Source: Ignavibacteriota bacterium
GTDB lineage: Bacteria; Bacteroidota; Ignavibacteria; UBA10030; BY39
Direction of reading: 5' to 3'
Length of the DNA stretch: 64,000 nt
NCBI GenBank assembly: GCA_003327435.1
Contig: QOQV01000011.1
Coordinates: 2,697 to 66,696 of the forward strand
How positions within the stretch are numbered: position 1 is the first letter of the stretch; each line of letters starts with the position of its first letter. Below are positions 40,796 to 51,031 of the stretch, one piece after another. The translations under genes and the position numbers were made by a program. The notes under the pieces are model-generated. The model did no database searches. It had not been told where the DNA came from and worked only from the letters and a program-made list of their open reading frames with translations.

Positions 40796-41953
40796 TTACT
40801 TTAATAAATTTTTCTTAAATAATTTTACAAGATCCAGTTTTTCCCAGGTAAAATCTTCATCATCTCTACCGAAATGTCCATAGGTAGCTGTTTTTCTGTA
40901 AATTGGTCTTCTCAATTTTAATCGATCGATAATTCCAGATGGTGTTAAATCAATTTCTTTTTTAATGAAATCGGCAATAAAAACATCTGGTACTCTACCT
41001 GTACCAAATGTATTTATATATACTGAAATTGGTTGACTGACACCAATTGCATATGCAATCTGAATCAGACATTCTTCTGCAATTTCGGCGGCTACTATAT
41101 TTTTTGCTAAATGTCTGGCTGCATAAGCACCACTTCGATCGACCTTTGTAGGATCCTTACCTGAAAATGCTCCACCACCATGTGGTGCTTTACCTCCATA
41201 AGTATCTACAATAATCTTTCTTCCCGTCAAGCCACTATCCCCATGAGGACCGCCGATTTCGAATTTACCTGTTGGATTTATATAATATTTTATCTTATCA
41301 TCAAGATAATCATGAGGAATAACTTTTTTTACAACATGTTCGATCACATCTTCCTGGATCTTTTTCTGGGTAACATTTGGATCGTGCTGAACAGCAACAA
41401 CAATTGTATGAACTCGTTTTGGAATTTTACCACTGTACTCGATTGTAACCTGAGATTTACCATCAGGTCTCAAATAAGGCATCAGTGAAGGTTCCTTTTT
41501 CCTTATTTCTGCAAGTCGCCTTACAATAGAATTTGCAAATAGAATTGGCATAGGCATAAACTGTGGTGTCTCTGATGTAGCATAACCAAACATCATTCCC
41601 TGGTCACCAGCACCACCTTTTACCACTCCCTGATCAATATCTGGAGATTGATCATGAATTAAATCCTCTATCTCACAGGTATCCGCATTGAAGAAGTATT
41701 CATCCTTTGTATAACCTATTTCACGAATTATTTTTCTAATAATAGCTTCTCTTTCTACTGGCTTAATTTTTTTCTTAGTTTTAACTTCACCACCAATAAT
41801 TACTTTATTAGTCGTGACAAATGTTTCACATGCCACATGTGAATGTTTATCACCTGTTAAATACGCATCAAGTATGCCATCAGAGATCTGGTCAGCTATT
41901 TTATCTGGATGTCCTTCTGAAACGGATTCAGAAGTAAATAAATATGATATCAT
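40796..41953 (-). CDS. metK: S-adenosylmethionine synthetase
   Basis: 385 aa. It has [32 protein letters not shown] and [16 protein letters not shown]. Confidence 0.97.
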   Translation of the reverse strand: MISYLFTSESVSEGHPDKIADQISDGILDAYLTGDKHSHVACETFVTTNKVIIGGEVKTKKKIKPVEREAIIRKIIREIGYTKDEYFFNADTCEIEDLIHDQSPDIDQGVVKGGAGDQGMMFGYATSETPQFMPMPILFANSIVRRLAEIRKKEPSLMPYLRPDGKSQVTIEYSGKIPKRVHTIVVAVQHDPNVTQKKIQEDVIEHVVKKVIPHDYLDDKIKYYINPTGKFEIGGPHGDSGLTGRKIIVDTYGGKAPHGGGAFSGKDPTKVDRSGAYAARHLAKNIVAAEIAEECLIQIAYAIGVSQPISVYINTFGTGRVPDVFIADFIKKEIDLTPSGIIDRLKLRRPIYRKTATYGHFGRDDEDFTWEKLDLVKLFKKNLLK

Positions 41954-41970
41954 TCTTTAACCTTCATTTG

Positions 41971-42945
41971 TTAGTAAAAATCAATTTCTGAGGAATCACC
42001 GATATTAATTCTTCTAAATGCTCCCCTTACTATTGCATTATTCCCAATTATCGAATTATCCAGTAGAGATTTCTCTATTTCAGCTCCCTGGTTAATAATT
42101 GAATTTCTAATAATAGAATCCATTATCACGGCATCATCAGCAATTGTGGTATATGGGCCTATAACAGAATTCATTATTTTGGCTCTCGGTGAAATATAAA
42201 CTGGCGGAATTACAACCATTCCATTTGTACTTTTACCATTAGATTTCTTATTCAACAAATGTTGATTTGTTGCAAGTAATGTTTCTGGTTTACCACAATC
42301 ATACCAGCCATCAACATTGAAAACTTTTATTTTTTCACCCATATCAACCATCATCTGAAGTGCATCTGTGAGCTGATATTCGCCACGAGTCTTTATATCT
42401 TTATCTATTAAATCCGTTACACATTTTACCAACAAATTTGGATTTTTTATCCAATACAAACCTACAAGCGCCAGGTTGCTGGTTGGATTTTCAGGTTTTT
42501 CAATTAATTTTGAGATGAATTCATTTTTCAATTCGGCTACACCGAATCTTCTTGGATCTTCAACATATTTAACTCCCAAAGCCGAATAATTTTCATTTAT
42601 CACAGGTTTTAAATCCACATCAAATATTGTATCACCTAAGATAATTAGAATTGGTTCATCTTTAATTGTATCTTTTGCAACAAATATTGAGTGTGCCAGA
42701 CCGAGACGTTCTTCCTGTTCTACGAACTCGCACTTGATTTTATAATTTGATTTTACATATTCAACTATTTTATCTCCCATATATCCAATAATAATAGTTG
42801 CCCGATCAAACCCATCTTCAATAATTTTATCCAAAATATGACCTATGATAGGTTTGCCCGCAACATTTATCAAAACTTTGGGAAGCGAATATGTATGTGG
42901 TCTCAGTCGGCTACCTTCGCCGGCAACTGGAATTATTGCTCGCAT
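41971..42945 (-). CDS. sugar-phosphate nucleotidyltransferase with C-terminal left-handed beta-helix
   Basis: 324 aa. The N-terminal MRAIIPVAGEGSRLRPHTYSLPKVL is the G-x-G-x-R-L NTP-transferase motif. The C-terminus has hexapeptide-like repeats. Confidence 0.8.
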   Translation of the reverse strand: MRAIIPVAGEGSRLRPHTYSLPKVLINVAGKPIIGHILDKIIEDGFDRATIIIGYMGDKIVEYVKSNYKIKCEFVEQEERLGLAHSIFVAKDTIKDEPILIILGDTIFDVDLKPVINENYSALGVKYVEDPRRFGVAELKNEFISKLIEKPENPTSNLALVGLYWIKNPNLLVKCVTDLIDKDIKTRGEYQLTDALQMMVDMGEKIKVFNVDGWYDCGKPETLLATNQHLLNKKSNGKSTNGMVVIPPVYISPRAKIMNSVIGPYTTIADDAVIMDSIIRNSIINQGAEIEKSLLDNSIIGNNAIVRGAFRRINIGDSSEIDFY

Positions 42946-43004
42946 TTCATAATTTTCTTACTTAAACGACTTAAATATATGCAATTTTATGGAGTATTTC
43001 AAAT

Positions 43005-44969
43005 TTATTCAATTTTCAAAACGTTCGTTTGTAAAATCTCTTTCGTTTCTTCATCCTGAACAAAGGAAACCATATAAAGATTGTTTTCATCAATTGCATA
43101 CTTTTTTTCTTTAAAAAGCTTTCTATTCGCCTTCTTCTCAAAATTGTCAAGATAATCCTTTAATTCGTTTTGAAGCTTGGAAAGATCAACTGAAGCTTTA
43201 ACATTGAGTTCTTTCTTATTTCTAAAACTTATGCCATTCCTTTCAGGCAAAATTTTTCGTACCACAAACCGATGTTCAGAAACAGTATTATAACCCTTAT
43301 AATGGACTTTTTCTTCTGCTAACACTGCAAAAAATTTCAAATCCTTAACATCTTTTCTTGTCGTTTTAACTACGCCCGATAAATTAATTTTATTTTTTAT
43401 TTTTTTTACATCGAGCTTAATAGATGCTTCAGGTGATTTTTGTAGATATTTTTTTATAACCATACTGAAAACTTCGTAACGGCTTTTGGCAATAGTTTTG
43501 TTTCCACCAGCAGAAATTCTCTGAGTGCCTTCGATAATTGAAGTTGGAGTACTATTTACCCCATAAAATTTTGCACGCGCTTCTGTATCTTCGTTTGTCA
43601 TCGGATCCGGTGCTGGTATATGAAGATGATATTCCAGAACACCAAGTGTGTTTGTATGAAAACTTTCTATAAGTTTATCATATGCATAATCGGCAGCGAG
43701 ACAGGGCCTGCACTCCGAGCCGGTAAACAACTCAGCAAGGACAACTTTTTCAAGTCCTTCCGGTTTAACGAACTTTTCGACTTCAAACGATTCAATCTTT
43801 TCAATCTCAGTCCTGATTACCTCTTCCAAAGTAGGACCACTTGAGTACATATTTTGATGCAAGACCTTCAATCTCTCCATAATAAGCTCGGGAGTAAAAG
43901 CCAGAACACCTTTTAAATATGTTTTGTAAGCATTTATTGTATCACCTATTTTTTCGTAAGCAAGTCCAAGATGATAATACAAATCTGTATTATAAGGAGA
44001 ACTATATTTTTCTGCTTCAAGTAAATTTTGAATTCCTTCGTTATAAGAACCCTTCAACACATTTATTACACCAAATGTAGTATAGCTGGTGGCTATCTGG
44101 TCTACAGGTGTATTTTCATTAATTGCTTCTACACTCAACTTTGCAAGCTGATATGCATCATCCATTAAGATATTTTGCTTTGCCCAACCTAAGGCAACAA
44201 TTGAACGGGCTTCCTCCAACTGTTTAGTTGATCTGAAATACTCTTCAGCTGATTTTTTATAAATTTCAGATTTTGTATATGGTAAATTCTCATTACTAAA
44301 AATTTCATCTAACATTTTGGTTGCCTCTTCCATACCAAAAAATGAACAACGAGCCATCAATATTAATGATTCTTCGTTTTTTAAGTATTTGTACATATAA
44401 AGTGCTAAATGGTAATAATATTCTACAAAATTAGGATCCCATTCTCTTTCTTTTGGATAGAGTGCTAATGCTTCTTTTTGTGTTTTGTATGCCTGTTCAT
44501 AATCTCCCAACTTATAAAATACTAATGCTTTTGTATCAAGGAATGGAACCCTTTTACGACCATATGTTTTCTCGTAAAGTTGATTTGCTAATGTAGAATA
44601 AACCAATGCCGAATCGAGCCACATATTTGATTCAGCGAAATTAAAAGCAACACGATTGTAAATTGTTGCTACATCAATAGCATTTTTTATCAGTTCCTGA
44701 GCTGCTTCCATCGCGAGATTACTGTCCTTTGTTTCAATAGCTGCATAGAAAATCTGCGTCCTAACAGCCTCAATATTTTCTAATTCAGGATATTCATTAA
44801 TGAACTCCCTCAAAGATTTTAATCTTTCTAAAGGGTCTTTTATAACCATTATCGATTTATAAACCGAGTCGGTATTTACCTGCGAATAACCATAACTCAG
44901 TAAAAATAAAAATATGAAAATAGCGCTGAGAAACTTAATGATATTGATACTTTTCATTTTATACCTCAC
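43005..44969 (-). CDS. secreted TPR-repeat protein with C-terminal thioredoxin-fold/Omp28-like region (CxxC)
   Basis: 654 aa with a signal peptide and several TPR-like helices. The motif ELFTGSECRPCLAAD (CxxC) lies in the C-terminal third. Function is unknown. Confidence 0.65.
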   Translation of the reverse strand: MRYKMKSINIIKFLSAIFIFLFLLSYGYSQVNTDSVYKSIMVIKDPLERLKSLREFINEYPELENIEAVRTQIFYAAIETKDSNLAMEAAQELIKNAIDVATIYNRVAFNFAESNMWLDSALVYSTLANQLYEKTYGRKRVPFLDTKALVFYKLGDYEQAYKTQKEALALYPKEREWDPNFVEYYYHLALYMYKYLKNEESLILMARCSFFGMEEATKMLDEIFSNENLPYTKSEIYKKSAEEYFRSTKQLEEARSIVALGWAKQNILMDDAYQLAKLSVEAINENTPVDQIATSYTTFGVINVLKGSYNEGIQNLLEAEKYSSPYNTDLYYHLGLAYEKIGDTINAYKTYLKGVLAFTPELIMERLKVLHQNMYSSGPTLEEVIRTEIEKIESFEVEKFVKPEGLEKVVLAELFTGSECRPCLAADYAYDKLIESFHTNTLGVLEYHLHIPAPDPMTNEDTEARAKFYGVNSTPTSIIEGTQRISAGGNKTIAKSRYEVFSMVIKKYLQKSPEASIKLDVKKIKNKINLSGVVKTTRKDVKDLKFFAVLAEEKVHYKGYNTVSEHRFVVRKILPERNGISFRNKKELNVKASVDLSKLQNELKDYLDNFEKKANRKLFKEKKYAIDENNLYMVSFVQDEETKEILQTNVLKIE

Positions 44970-45001
44970 AATTATTGTGAACTGGAACTTTTTTATTTAT
45001 T

Positions 45002-45916
45002 TTATTGTCCTTCAATTTTAAATATTCTATTTATGAAGAATTTTTGTCTCTGGTCATCTACTAAAGCATCAAGAATAAAGTTTTTTATATCAATCTCTTC
45101 AGGTAAAACTATATAATCCTGTATGCTTCTTAGAGGAATATCCAGATACTCTATTTTAATTTTCTTGTGTTTATCAATAGCTGATTGGATTTTCTCACAT
45201 CTGATTTTTGATATTTTATTACCGATATCTGATTCGATTAAATTTTTTAATTTACTGAATCCAAAATTTTTCATCACATTTGTGATTAGATTAAAGATCT
45301 CAATTGTTGTAAAAACATCATCAAGTGCTCTGTGAGTTGGTTTTTTATTTATGTTTAGCAAATCCGCTATAACGGATTGCCGATAAACTGGCAATCCTGG
45401 AATTATTTTTCTTACTAAATCCAGAACATCTACTACATAAATTGAATCTTTTAAGTTTTGAAAATTTAAATGCAATTTTTCTTGAGAATTGTAGATATTT
45501 ACCAGGTTTAATTCAGCTCTGAACATTCTTGGTGGTAAAATGAAATTAACTTCCATATCAGCCAGGTTAAATTCCTTTTCGAGAAAGGAAATATCAAACG
45601 GAGCATTATAAGCAACGATTACTGAGTTCTGAATAAAACTTAAGAGTTCGTGAGAGAAATGTTTGAATAAAGGAGCGTCTTTCAACATTAAATAATCAAT
45701 CTTATTAATTTCATAAGCTCCAAGCGTAAGTGGGCGAAGCGGATTGATAAAAGTATTAATTTTGTCTATCAACTTACCCTTGTGTACTTTAACTGCACCT
45801 ACTTCAATAATCCTATCTTTAAATTTTGCTTTTAAACCAGTGGTTTCTAAGTCAAGTACTACAAAGGTAATTTCATCAATATCTTTTTCGAGTAAATCTT
45901 TACCCTTAATTAACAA
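45002..45916 (-). CDS. DEDDh 3'-5' exonuclease (DnaQ/epsilon-like) with C-terminal WYL-like extension
   Basis: ExoI VLDLETTG, ExoII AYNAPFDISFL, ExoIII HRALDDV. The last ~90 aa (KIKIEYLD...IVLPEEI...FILDALVDDQRQKFFINRIFKIE) resemble a WYL domain. Confidence 0.75.
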   Translation of the reverse strand: MLIKGKDLLEKDIDEITFVVLDLETTGLKAKFKDRIIEVGAVKVHKGKLIDKINTFINPLRPLTLGAYEINKIDYLMLKDAPLFKHFSHELLSFIQNSVIVAYNAPFDISFLEKEFNLADMEVNFILPPRMFRAELNLVNIYNSQEKLHLNFQNLKDSIYVVDVLDLVRKIIPGLPVYRQSVIADLLNINKKPTHRALDDVFTTIEIFNLITNVMKNFGFSKLKNLIESDIGNKISKIRCEKIQSAIDKHKKIKIEYLDIPLRSIQDYIVLPEEIDIKNFILDALVDDQRQKFFINRIFKIEGQ

Positions 45917-45918
45917 GT

Positions 45919-46593
45919 TCAGTCCTTAATGTTCAGGTATTCATTCCAGATTCTAAAAAGTTGAGCTTCTGCGATTACATCACCAGCACAATATTCAGCA
46001 ATTTTACGAAATTGCTTTTCATTAAACAAGCTTCCAAGGTCATGACCAGTTACTCCTTCACTTTTTGGACTTTTTATACCAAACACTTTGCAATAAAAAT
46101 CCAGATTAAATTTTTTTATTGCACCGTAGAAAGTTAGTTGGTCGAGCAAATCACAATGTATGCTTGAGTCGTATCTATAGGGGACTAAATTTTTTGTTGG
46201 TTTAACTCCAACTATTGCAGATCTAAGCATCACAAATGGACAATCGAATCCTCTACCATTAAAAGTGATAAATTGATCAAAATGTTTAATTGCGTCCCAG
46301 AACCATATCAATATTTCCTTTTCCGAACCCGAAATGTATGCAATCTTACCATCATCGCTGGTAAATTCTTCTTTAACATCAGATTGGAAAAATACTTTTC
46401 CATTATTTGAATCGGGATTAAACATTCCGATAGCTATGATCTGGGCTGTTGGTGCATATAAATTCAGGTTTAAAACTGTTTGCTCTTTCTTTTCATCTGT
46501 ATCAGCAAATTTAAATAAAAATTCTTTTTGCACCTCGTCGAATGTATCGAGTGGGAGTGCAAGAGTTTCAATGTCAAATACTACTCTTTTCAT
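45919..46593 (-). CDS. PolB-exonuclease-like 3'-5' exonuclease (RNase H-fold, COG3298-like)
   Basis: 224 aa. It has VFDIET, FNGRGFDCPF and YCAGDV, which are motifs of stand-alone family-B-polymerase-type exonuclease domains. Confidence 0.7.
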   Translation of the reverse strand: MKRVVFDIETLALPLDTFDEVQKEFLFKFADTDEKKEQTVLNLNLYAPTAQIIAIGMFNPDSNNGKVFFQSDVKEEFTSDDGKIAYISGSEKEILIWFWDAIKHFDQFITFNGRGFDCPFVMLRSAIVGVKPTKNLVPYRYDSSIHCDLLDQLTFYGAIKKFNLDFYCKVFGIKSPKSEGVTGHDLGSLFNEKQFRKIAEYCAGDVIAEAQLFRIWNEYLNIKD

Positions 46594-47246
46594 ATTTCAT
46601 CAACAGAGTTAATATTAAGCATACCTCTACAAACTCTCGATATAACATCCCATGAGAAGCCCCTCCTTGTGAGGAATGCTGCGAGTCGAATAAAATGTTC
46701 CTTATCAGTAGATTTAGGTTTCAATTTTTGATATTTTTTTAACTGTTTAATTGCTAACTTACGAACAATTGCATTTTCATCCAGATTACTAAAATACTTT
46801 TGCAAAACATTGTTTATAATTTCTTTTGAAATTCCCTTCTCTAACAATTTTTTCTTCATTAAATTTTTTGAAATCAACCTTTTATTTAGAGCATTTTTAG
46901 CAAAACACTCTGCAAACTCCAAATCATTTATAAGTCCAACCGATTTTAGGTTATCAATTACCTTTTTAATGATATATGGTTTAAATTTTGATTTTGTTAA
47001 TTTTGCCTGAATTTCATATTCACTTCTCTGGCGATAACTGAAATATTTTAACGCCACATCTTTTGCGCGATAAAATTCATCCCATTGAAGCAATTCGTTT
47101 AACTTATTTTCGTTTAATTCATCACCCTTACGCAAACCATATTTTTTGATTACGGACTTATAAACTTTATAATTTTCATTGTTGTCGAGTTCAACTACTG
47201 CAAATTTAGGTCTTCTTTTGTCCTGTCGAATTTTTAGAATTTGCAT
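46590..47246 (-). CDS. recX: recombination regulator RecX
   Basis: 218 aa. It lies immediately downstream of recA (its start overlaps the recA stop codon by 1 nt) and has helical repeats with RecX-like patterns (ALKYFSYRQRSEYEI). Confidence 0.85.
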   Translation of the reverse strand: MQILKIRQDKRRPKFAVVELDNNENYKVYKSVIKKYGLRKGDELNENKLNELLQWDEFYRAKDVALKYFSYRQRSEYEIQAKLTKSKFKPYIIKKVIDNLKSVGLINDLEFAECFAKNALNKRLISKNLMKKKLLEKGISKEIINNVLQKYFSNLDENAIVRKLAIKQLKKYQKLKPKSTDKEHFIRLAAFLTRRGFSWDVISRVCRGMLNINSVDEI

Positions 47247-48310
47247 TAGGATTTTTGAGATTTTTTAGTTTCCGGCTTTGCGCCTGATGATGCCTTTTGT
47301 TCTTCCTCAAATAAACCGAGTTTTTTTCTGAGCAATAGTTCAATTTCCTGTTGATATTTCTCGTTTTCCTGTAGAAATTTTTTTACAGCATCCCTTCCCT
47401 GTCCAATTCGCTCATCTTTATAAGCAAACCAGGAACCACTTTTTTGTATAACATCATTTTCAATCGCGAGATCTATCAGGTCTCCAATTTTTGAGATACC
47501 TTCATTATACAGAATATCAAACGATGCTTCGCGGAAAGGTGGTGCTACTTTGTTTTTAACCACTTTAACACGAGTTCGATTACCAATTACATTGTTACCA
47601 TCTTTTATTGCCTCTACACGACGAACATCAAGTCGAATTGACGCATAAAATTTCAGTGCGTTACCACCGGTTGTAGTTTCAGGATTACCGAACATCACAC
47701 CAATTTTCTGGCGGAGTTGGTTGGTGAAAATCACGCAGGTTTTCGATTTATTAATTGCTGCTGCCAATTTCCTGAGTGCTTGCGACATAAGTCGTGCCTG
47801 AACACCCATTGTTGGGTCACCCATTTCACCTTCAATTTCTGCTCTTGGTGTTAATGCTGCAACTGAATCAATAACAACCACATCAATTGAACCACTTCGT
47901 ACAAGTGTTTCAACTATTTCAAGTGCCTGTTCTCCAAATTCTGGTTGTGAAAGCAAAAGGTTGTTTACATCCACACCCAAACGCTTTGCATAGTTTACAT
48001 CAAGGGCATGTTCAGTGTCTACGAATGCTGCAATTCCATTTCTCTTTTGTGCTTCTGCAATAACATGCAGGCATAGAGTTGTTTTACCTGAAGATTCAGG
48101 TCCAAAAATCTCTGTAACTCGACCGCGAGGAACACCACCGACTCCTAAAGCGTAATCCAGAGAAATTGAACCAGTCGGTATTACTTCTACCTTGGTTATT
48201 GTTTTATCCCCCAGCCTCATTACTGCGCCTTTGCCGTGTTGCTTCTCAATTTGTTCGATAGCTAATTTTAATGCCTGAAGGCGCGAGTCCTTATTGTTCT
48301 CATCAACCAT
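47246..48310 (-). CDS. recA: recombinase RecA
   Basis: 354 aa. It has [14 protein letters not shown], Walker [19 protein letters not shown] and the loop L2 region. Confidence 0.98.
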   Translation of the reverse strand: MVDENNKDSRLQALKLAIEQIEKQHGKGAVMRLGDKTITKVEVIPTGSISLDYALGVGGVPRGRVTEIFGPESSGKTTLCLHVIAEAQKRNGIAAFVDTEHALDVNYAKRLGVDVNNLLLSQPEFGEQALEIVETLVRSGSIDVVVIDSVAALTPRAEIEGEMGDPTMGVQARLMSQALRKLAAAINKSKTCVIFTNQLRQKIGVMFGNPETTTGGNALKFYASIRLDVRRVEAIKDGNNVIGNRTRVKVVKNKVAPPFREASFDILYNEGISKIGDLIDLAIENDVIQKSGSWFAYKDERIGQGRDAVKKFLQENEKYQQEIELLLRKKLGLFEEEQKASSGAKPETKKSQKS

Positions 48311-48333
48311 ATTCTACTCTCCTGATTTTTGTT

Positions 48334-48735
48334 TTATTTATTTTGATACTTTTGAAGCAAACCAAGTACGATCGTCTTGACCTGCTCCACATCGAAAGGT
48401 TTTTCTATGTAATCAACCGCACCAAGTGTTTTTGCTACCTTCTTTGCATCATAATCGTCGAGCGACGACATAAATACAAAAGGAATGTCACTTAATTTAG
48501 GATTGTGTTTTATCTTATCGTAAAGTTCAAATCCATTCATATCCGGCATTTTAACATCACTTAAAATAAGATCCGGTTTTATCTTTTTCAACTTACTCAG
48601 AGCTTCTGTTCCACTATCGGCTGTAAAGATCTCAAAAGACTCTTCCTTAAGAACTGTTTTCATTGTATCCAGCCAGACATTCTCATCATCAATTAGAAGC
48701 AATGTTTTATGTCTTTTTGAAGCTTTTTTTGTCAT
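48334..48735 (-). CDS. stand-alone response regulator receiver protein (CheY-like)
   Basis: 133 aa. It has LLIDDE, the phospho-acceptor region LILSDVKMPDMNG, and a conserved K in IEKP. Confidence 0.9.
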   Translation of the reverse strand: MTKKASKRHKTLLLIDDENVWLDTMKTVLKEESFEIFTADSGTEALSKLKKIKPDLILSDVKMPDMNGFELYDKIKHNPKLSDIPFVFMSSLDDYDAKKVAKTLGAVDYIEKPFDVEQVKTIVLGLLQKYQNK

Positions 48736-48740
48736 AAATT

Positions 48741-49298
48741 TTATCCTTTTAGTTTCACGGTTCTTAAAATTTTATACTCAGAACCGGTAGGTTTTAAAAT
48801 ACTTTGCATAAGTATTATTTCCCCACACATAATTGGTTCTGTTTCAAATTTAAGATTTTCTGCAATCGAAATCAAGTTTTTAACATTCCTCATACTTCTT
48901 ATCCTACCCAGAGTGATATGAGGATGAAATTTCCTGTTTTCAACCTCAAAACCATAAATTTTCAAACTCTCATCCAGGTAATTTTTTATTTCGAAGATCT
49001 CCTGTGTTGCTATTTCAGTCCCAATCCATACAACCCTTGGCTGCTTTTGATTCGGGAAAAAACCCAGCGATTTATATTTTATCTGGAATGCTGAAAACTT
49101 TTCACCAACTTCATTCAAACATTTTTCGACATAAGGGAAAATTTTTTCTTCTGTTTCTCCTAAAAATTTTATCGTGATATGATACTTCTCCTTTGGTTCC
49201 CATTTAACATCTGCATTGGATTCCATCAACTTGAGCCGTACTTCCTCCATTTGTCTTTTCAATTCCGGTGTTGTATCAATGGCGTAAAAAAGTCGCAT
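48741..49298 (-). CDS. thpR: RNA 2',3'-cyclic phosphodiesterase (2H family, ThpR/LigT)
   Basis: 185 aa with two HxT/Sx motifs (YHITIKF and HPHITLGR). Confidence 0.85.
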   Translation of the reverse strand: MRLFYAIDTTPELKRQMEEVRLKLMESNADVKWEPKEKYHITIKFLGETEEKIFPYVEKCLNEVGEKFSAFQIKYKSLGFFPNQKQPRVVWIGTEIATQEIFEIKNYLDESLKIYGFEVENRKFHPHITLGRIRSMRNVKNLISIAENLKFETEPIMCGEIILMQSILKPTGSEYKILRTVKLKG

Positions 49299-49308
49299 AT
49301 GCTTTTCT

Positions 49309-50571
49309 TTACTTAATCTTTTTTCCAGTTAACTTCAACCTTACCAGATTTAAAGCTGCTTGTGCAGCTCTAATCTTTATCAATAAACGATCGTTACCAA
49401 AATTATTTTTTAACGCGAAAGTTTCTCCTGCGTCAGAGTATCCAATCCATACCAGACCAACTGGTTTTTCAACACTTCCACCGGTTGGACCTGCAATCCC
49501 TGTTGTGGAAATTCCTATATCAGTTTTTGAAATCAACCTGATACCTTCAGCCATTGCTTTAGCAACTTCTTCACTAACCGCACCATATTTTACAATTAAT
49601 TCTTCCTTTACACCCAATATTTCTATTTTAGATTGATTACTGTAGGCTACAATACCTCTCTCAAAATATTTTGAACTTCCAGAGATGTTTGTAATCTTAT
49701 CCGCAATTAAACCACCTGTACAGGATTCTGCTACTGCAATTTTTAAGTTTCTCTCAATTAACAATTTCCCAACTACAGATTCTAAATCTTCTGATTCGAT
49801 TCCATAAATATAGTATTCAGCCTTAGCTCGAATCTTTCTCTCAATCTCATTCAGTGTTTCTTTTGCATATTCATTCTTCAAACTTTTCGCAGTTATTCTT
49901 AAATTGACACCAGCAGGAGATGGTAAGAATGCCAGCGTTGAACTTACCTGATTGTTATTAATCAGTAGCGTCTCTATATTGCCGATGAGTTCAGAAAGGG
50001 CTGCCTCAGTTATTCCTGTTGTGCGCAAAGTTTTATGAACAATCATATCCCCTTTTCGTTTAGACGAAAGAAACGGGATAACAAAATTAATCATCATATC
50101 CTGCATTTCATAAGGAACACCGGGCATCACTATAAAATACTTTTCGTTCCGTTCGAACAAAAAACCGGCAGCGGTACCGAGATTGTTAGGTATAATTGTA
50201 CAATTTTCAGGCACAAAGGTCTGTTCCTCTGCAGCTGCGTTCCACTCAATATTTCGATACGAGAGGATACGCTTAATTCTTTCTTTTATTTCAGAGCTTT
50301 GATAGAGTTTTACATTAAAAAATTTACAAACAGCTTTTTTTGTAATATCGTCGTGAGTTGGTCCCAGACCGCCAGTCACAAGGACAATATCGTTCTCTAA
50401 AAAATACTTTTCAAAAGAATTGAGAATATCCCGTTCATTATCCCCTACTGCAAGTATATTTTTTACAATAATCCCAATTTTATTTAACTCATTTGCAATA
50501 AATGAGGCGTTTGTGTTTACAACCTGACCAACAAGTAGCTCGTCACCTATGGAAATTATTGATGCCTGCAT
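49309..50571 (-). CDS. cinA: competence/damage-inducible protein CinA (MoCF-binding domain + PncC-like NMN deamidase)
   Basis: 420 aa. N-terminus MQASIISIGDELLVGQVVNTNA, GGLGPTHDDITK, and a C-terminal AESCTGGL...TGIAGPTGG region. Confidence 0.9.
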   Translation of the reverse strand: MQASIISIGDELLVGQVVNTNASFIANELNKIGIIVKNILAVGDNERDILNSFEKYFLENDIVLVTGGLGPTHDDITKKAVCKFFNVKLYQSSEIKERIKRILSYRNIEWNAAAEEQTFVPENCTIIPNNLGTAAGFLFERNEKYFIVMPGVPYEMQDMMINFVIPFLSSKRKGDMIVHKTLRTTGITEAALSELIGNIETLLINNNQVSSTLAFLPSPAGVNLRITAKSLKNEYAKETLNEIERKIRAKAEYYIYGIESEDLESVVGKLLIERNLKIAVAESCTGGLIADKITNISGSSKYFERGIVAYSNQSKIEILGVKEELIVKYGAVSEEVAKAMAEGIRLISKTDIGISTTGIAGPTGGSVEKPVGLVWIGYSDAGETFALKNNFGNDRLLIKIRAAQAALNLVRLKLTGKKIK

Positions 50572-50572
50572 T

Positions 50573-51031
50573 TTATAAAATTAAGACGATTAATTGGAGA
50601 AGTAAATTTGTATAAATACCTGCCATCACATCATCGAGCATTACCCCTACACCGCCTTTGATTTTTTCCAGTCGCCTGCAGGGAAAAGGTTTTATTATAT
50701 CGAATACTCTAAAGAGAAAAAATGCAGCCACCCATACAAAAAAGTTGTTTGGTAAAAAAATTAAGGATATCCACATACCAACTATTTCATCAATCACAAC
50801 AATGGAGGGATCATTTCCGTGCATTTTTTCTACTACGGATGATGCATATGTACCTATTAAAAATGTTCCAACAATGAGTGGAAGGAACAGAAAAGATGCG
50901 TGTAGTTTGAATATCAAGAAAAGAAAAAAGGCAAATGCCGAACCAACAGTTCCTGGAAAAAGCGGAAAATATCCTGTATAGAAACCAGTGGCAATTAATC
51001 CAGCTGCAAACGGAATCTTTTTATTTTCCAT
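50573..51031 (-). CDS. pgpA: phosphatidylglycerophosphatase A
   Basis: It has GFYTGYFPLFPGTVGS, VVIDEIVGMW and FRVFDIIKPFP. I prefer the ATG at 51031 (MENKKIPF...) over the track start at 51079. It overlaps the pgsA end by 11 nt. Confidence 0.8.
   Translation of the reverse strand: MENKKIPFAAGLIATGFYTGYFPLFPGTVGSAFAFFLFLIFKLHASFLFLPLIVGTFLIGTYASSVVEKMHGNDPSIVVIDEIVGMWISLIFLPNNFFVWVAAFFLFRVFDIIKPFPCRRLEKIKGGVGVMLDDVMAGIYTNLLLQLIVLIL

Noticed and set aside
43005-44969. The TPR-repeat protein next to the exonuclease/recA block might be part of a defence or signalling system.
   Set aside because: It has a signal peptide and a CxxC thioredoxin/Omp28-like C-terminal region, which is consistent with an envelope protein. 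It is separated from the exonuclease gene by a 32-nt gap containing a small hairpin, and it has no partner genes suggestive of a system.
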